Source: Nymphaea colorata (Eukaryota). Taken from it: a stretch of 64,000 nucleotides of DNA. The stretch spans positions 28,768,001 to 28,832,000 of the forward strand of contig NC_045138.2 in assembly GCF_008831285.2 (NCBI RefSeq), in the 5' to 3' direction. Shown piece by piece: positions 62,115 through 64,000 of this stretch. The notes under the pieces are model-generated. The model saw only the letters and a list, made by a program, of their open reading frames with translations, was not told the DNA's origin and searched no databases. How positions within the stretch are numbered: position 1 is the first letter of the stretch; each line of letters starts with the position of its first letter. The position numbers and the translations under genes are program-made.

Positions 62115-63478
62115 TGATACACTCTTTAACTTGAGCGTCGCTTATGTCCCTATTTACGGTACAAATAAATAGCACACAAAAGAATCGAATGAAATATGTG
62201 TCATGGGCGCAGCACTTTGGCCAACCACCTATGCTACACCCTTAGCAGCAAATGAAAATAAAATATTGAATCAATGTCATAAGTAACAAATAAAACCCCT
62301 ATATCTGCCCGATACGATGTCTGGCTTAAGTACCCAATATAAAGACGCCCCTTGTCAATTTCATTTGTTTAAAGCTTACTTTTATTTATTTTGGATATTT
62401 TTTGTTCCGAAAACCTGCTCCACTTTTATCTGTACTGTTTTTTTACTGCAGGCCTAACTTTTATAGAAAAATAGTTATCGCATTAAAGTTAGTTGGATCT
62501 GAAACATGTGAAAGTTTTTATGTTCCTTTATATTGACACTTCAATGGTAAGCAAATAAATAAGTATAAAACTTTTTTTGTATATTGTCCTTCATTTTCCT
62601 AATAATTCCAAAAACCTGAACCACCTTTTATTTAATCTCCTCTACTACAGCACCAACAGCAGCTGATGACTGCCAATGCTCGTATTAAAGCCGGTGGTTC
62701 TGAAATACATGAAGGTGTGCACGCTTCTTTGTGTTGGCATTTCAAGGTGGACGATACACATTTGCTCCAATCTAATAGTCGAAATATTTGTAAAAATCGA
62801 CACTTAGATTGTGAAATTGGAGTTGGATTTAGGTGTGACTTTTCTTCGTTTATATTCAAATATAAACATGTGAATATCCGAAAAAACATATATGATCAAT
62901 AGTATATCATGTATATCATATCAGTATGTTATGACCCCTAACAAGGGACTATATATTGTCTTATAAGAGTTATCAAAATAGCCCTTAAATATTCACAAAC
63001 ACGAGGCTCCTATCAAACATTATGAGCTCGCTTATTAATTCTATTGCCTAAATGGGTTCCCAATTGGACAAACACAATAACTATTCATCTAGCGGCAGGC
63101 TAACGCAAATCGCAAGCGACGGCAATTCTCCAATACAGGCATCGTATTGTCATTTCCGAGACTTTCAGGGGCTTATTACAAAAGTTTTGATTGGATGGTT
63201 GGAAACTGCAATACGTGGGGCCCATTCTCGTGAATTCCTTGCAATGGGATCATCGGTGGGGCCCTTTCTATGCACATGAATCCATTACAACGTGTTTGAC
63301 TAAACCACGGAATCAAGCGTTCGGATAATAAATGCGGTAGAGCTAACTACCAAATAGCAAATAAATCCCTATTGAAAGATGCTTCACGTTTACTTAAATT
63401 AGTACAGCACTTTTCATCAATGGCCATCTTCCCTTTTTCTGCTTGAGCATCATTTGTAAAGTAGGTTGGTTGGTTTCC

Positions 63479-63515
<37 letters not shown>

Positions 63516-64000
63516 TTATTTATTTATTTATTTATTTATTTTTTGTTTGTAATTCGAATTTAAACCCTAATAACGAGGGTGTTTGGATGACAGCCTCATT
63601 AATCCAATTCGCGAAAACTTTATTTTATGAAAACCAAGTTTTTTAACGAGTTCCTAGCGCTTAGTTTGTTTATTTGGGGGACACACCCAAAACCTGATTT
63701 TTTTTTTTTTCAATAACTTAAGTGCGCTCACTTTCATAATAAGACTAAGGGCGCGGCTGGATACACCTTCAAACCAACATTTAAGAAGTAAAACAATGTT
63801 TTGCTTCTCAAACACCTTATGAATACGCAATATATAAATTGAACCATGCACCATTGTCATCATTTGAGGCAAGGGGAATGGAGGTACCTTTGGTGGATTG
63901 TTAACTTGTTGCTTTTATCACAAACAAGCACAGGAAAGTGGGACGTTATTTATAAAGGCATGACATATGCACTTCATTTATCTAGCTTATTCATGCGTAA

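Noticed and set aside
63576..63820. Possible PIF/Tourist-like MITE (GGGTGTTTGG start)
   Set aside because: The matching end and TSD are too degenerate to define.

Overview
Flowering-plant nuclear DNA with three intron-containing host genes and many transposons. Bases 1-16.7 kb are a nested Ty1/copia cluster. An old, decayed copia element (C, + strand) carries copia element A, which itself carries a young, near-intact copia element B with unusual TG...TA LTR ends. C also carries a MITE that was in turn split by full-length copia element D. The whole cluster appears to lie in a >17 kb intron of a minus-strand RDR-gamma gene (RDR3/4/5 type, DFDGD catalytic motif). I traced 15 coding exons of this gene between 33736 and 17346; its 3' exons are not in the window. 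Other RDR introns hold a solo LTR, a MITE, inverted LTR fragments and a 2.1 kb non-autonomous LTR element. Next is a two-exon heat-shock factor (class C-like, with an extra class A-like heptad, + strand). Last is a minus-strand CH-domain kinesin-14 gene with a U12-type AT-AC intron, a probable GC-AG intron, an intronic 62-bp hairpin and a second non-autonomous LTR element. I saw no rRNA, tRNA or CRISPR features. I see no wholly new gene system. The most notable hidden signals are a conserved splice-dependent Gag tail in an alternative frame in three copia elements, covarying LTR hairpins, and the non-canonical LTR termini. All coordinates were read by eye; exon boundaries are predictions.
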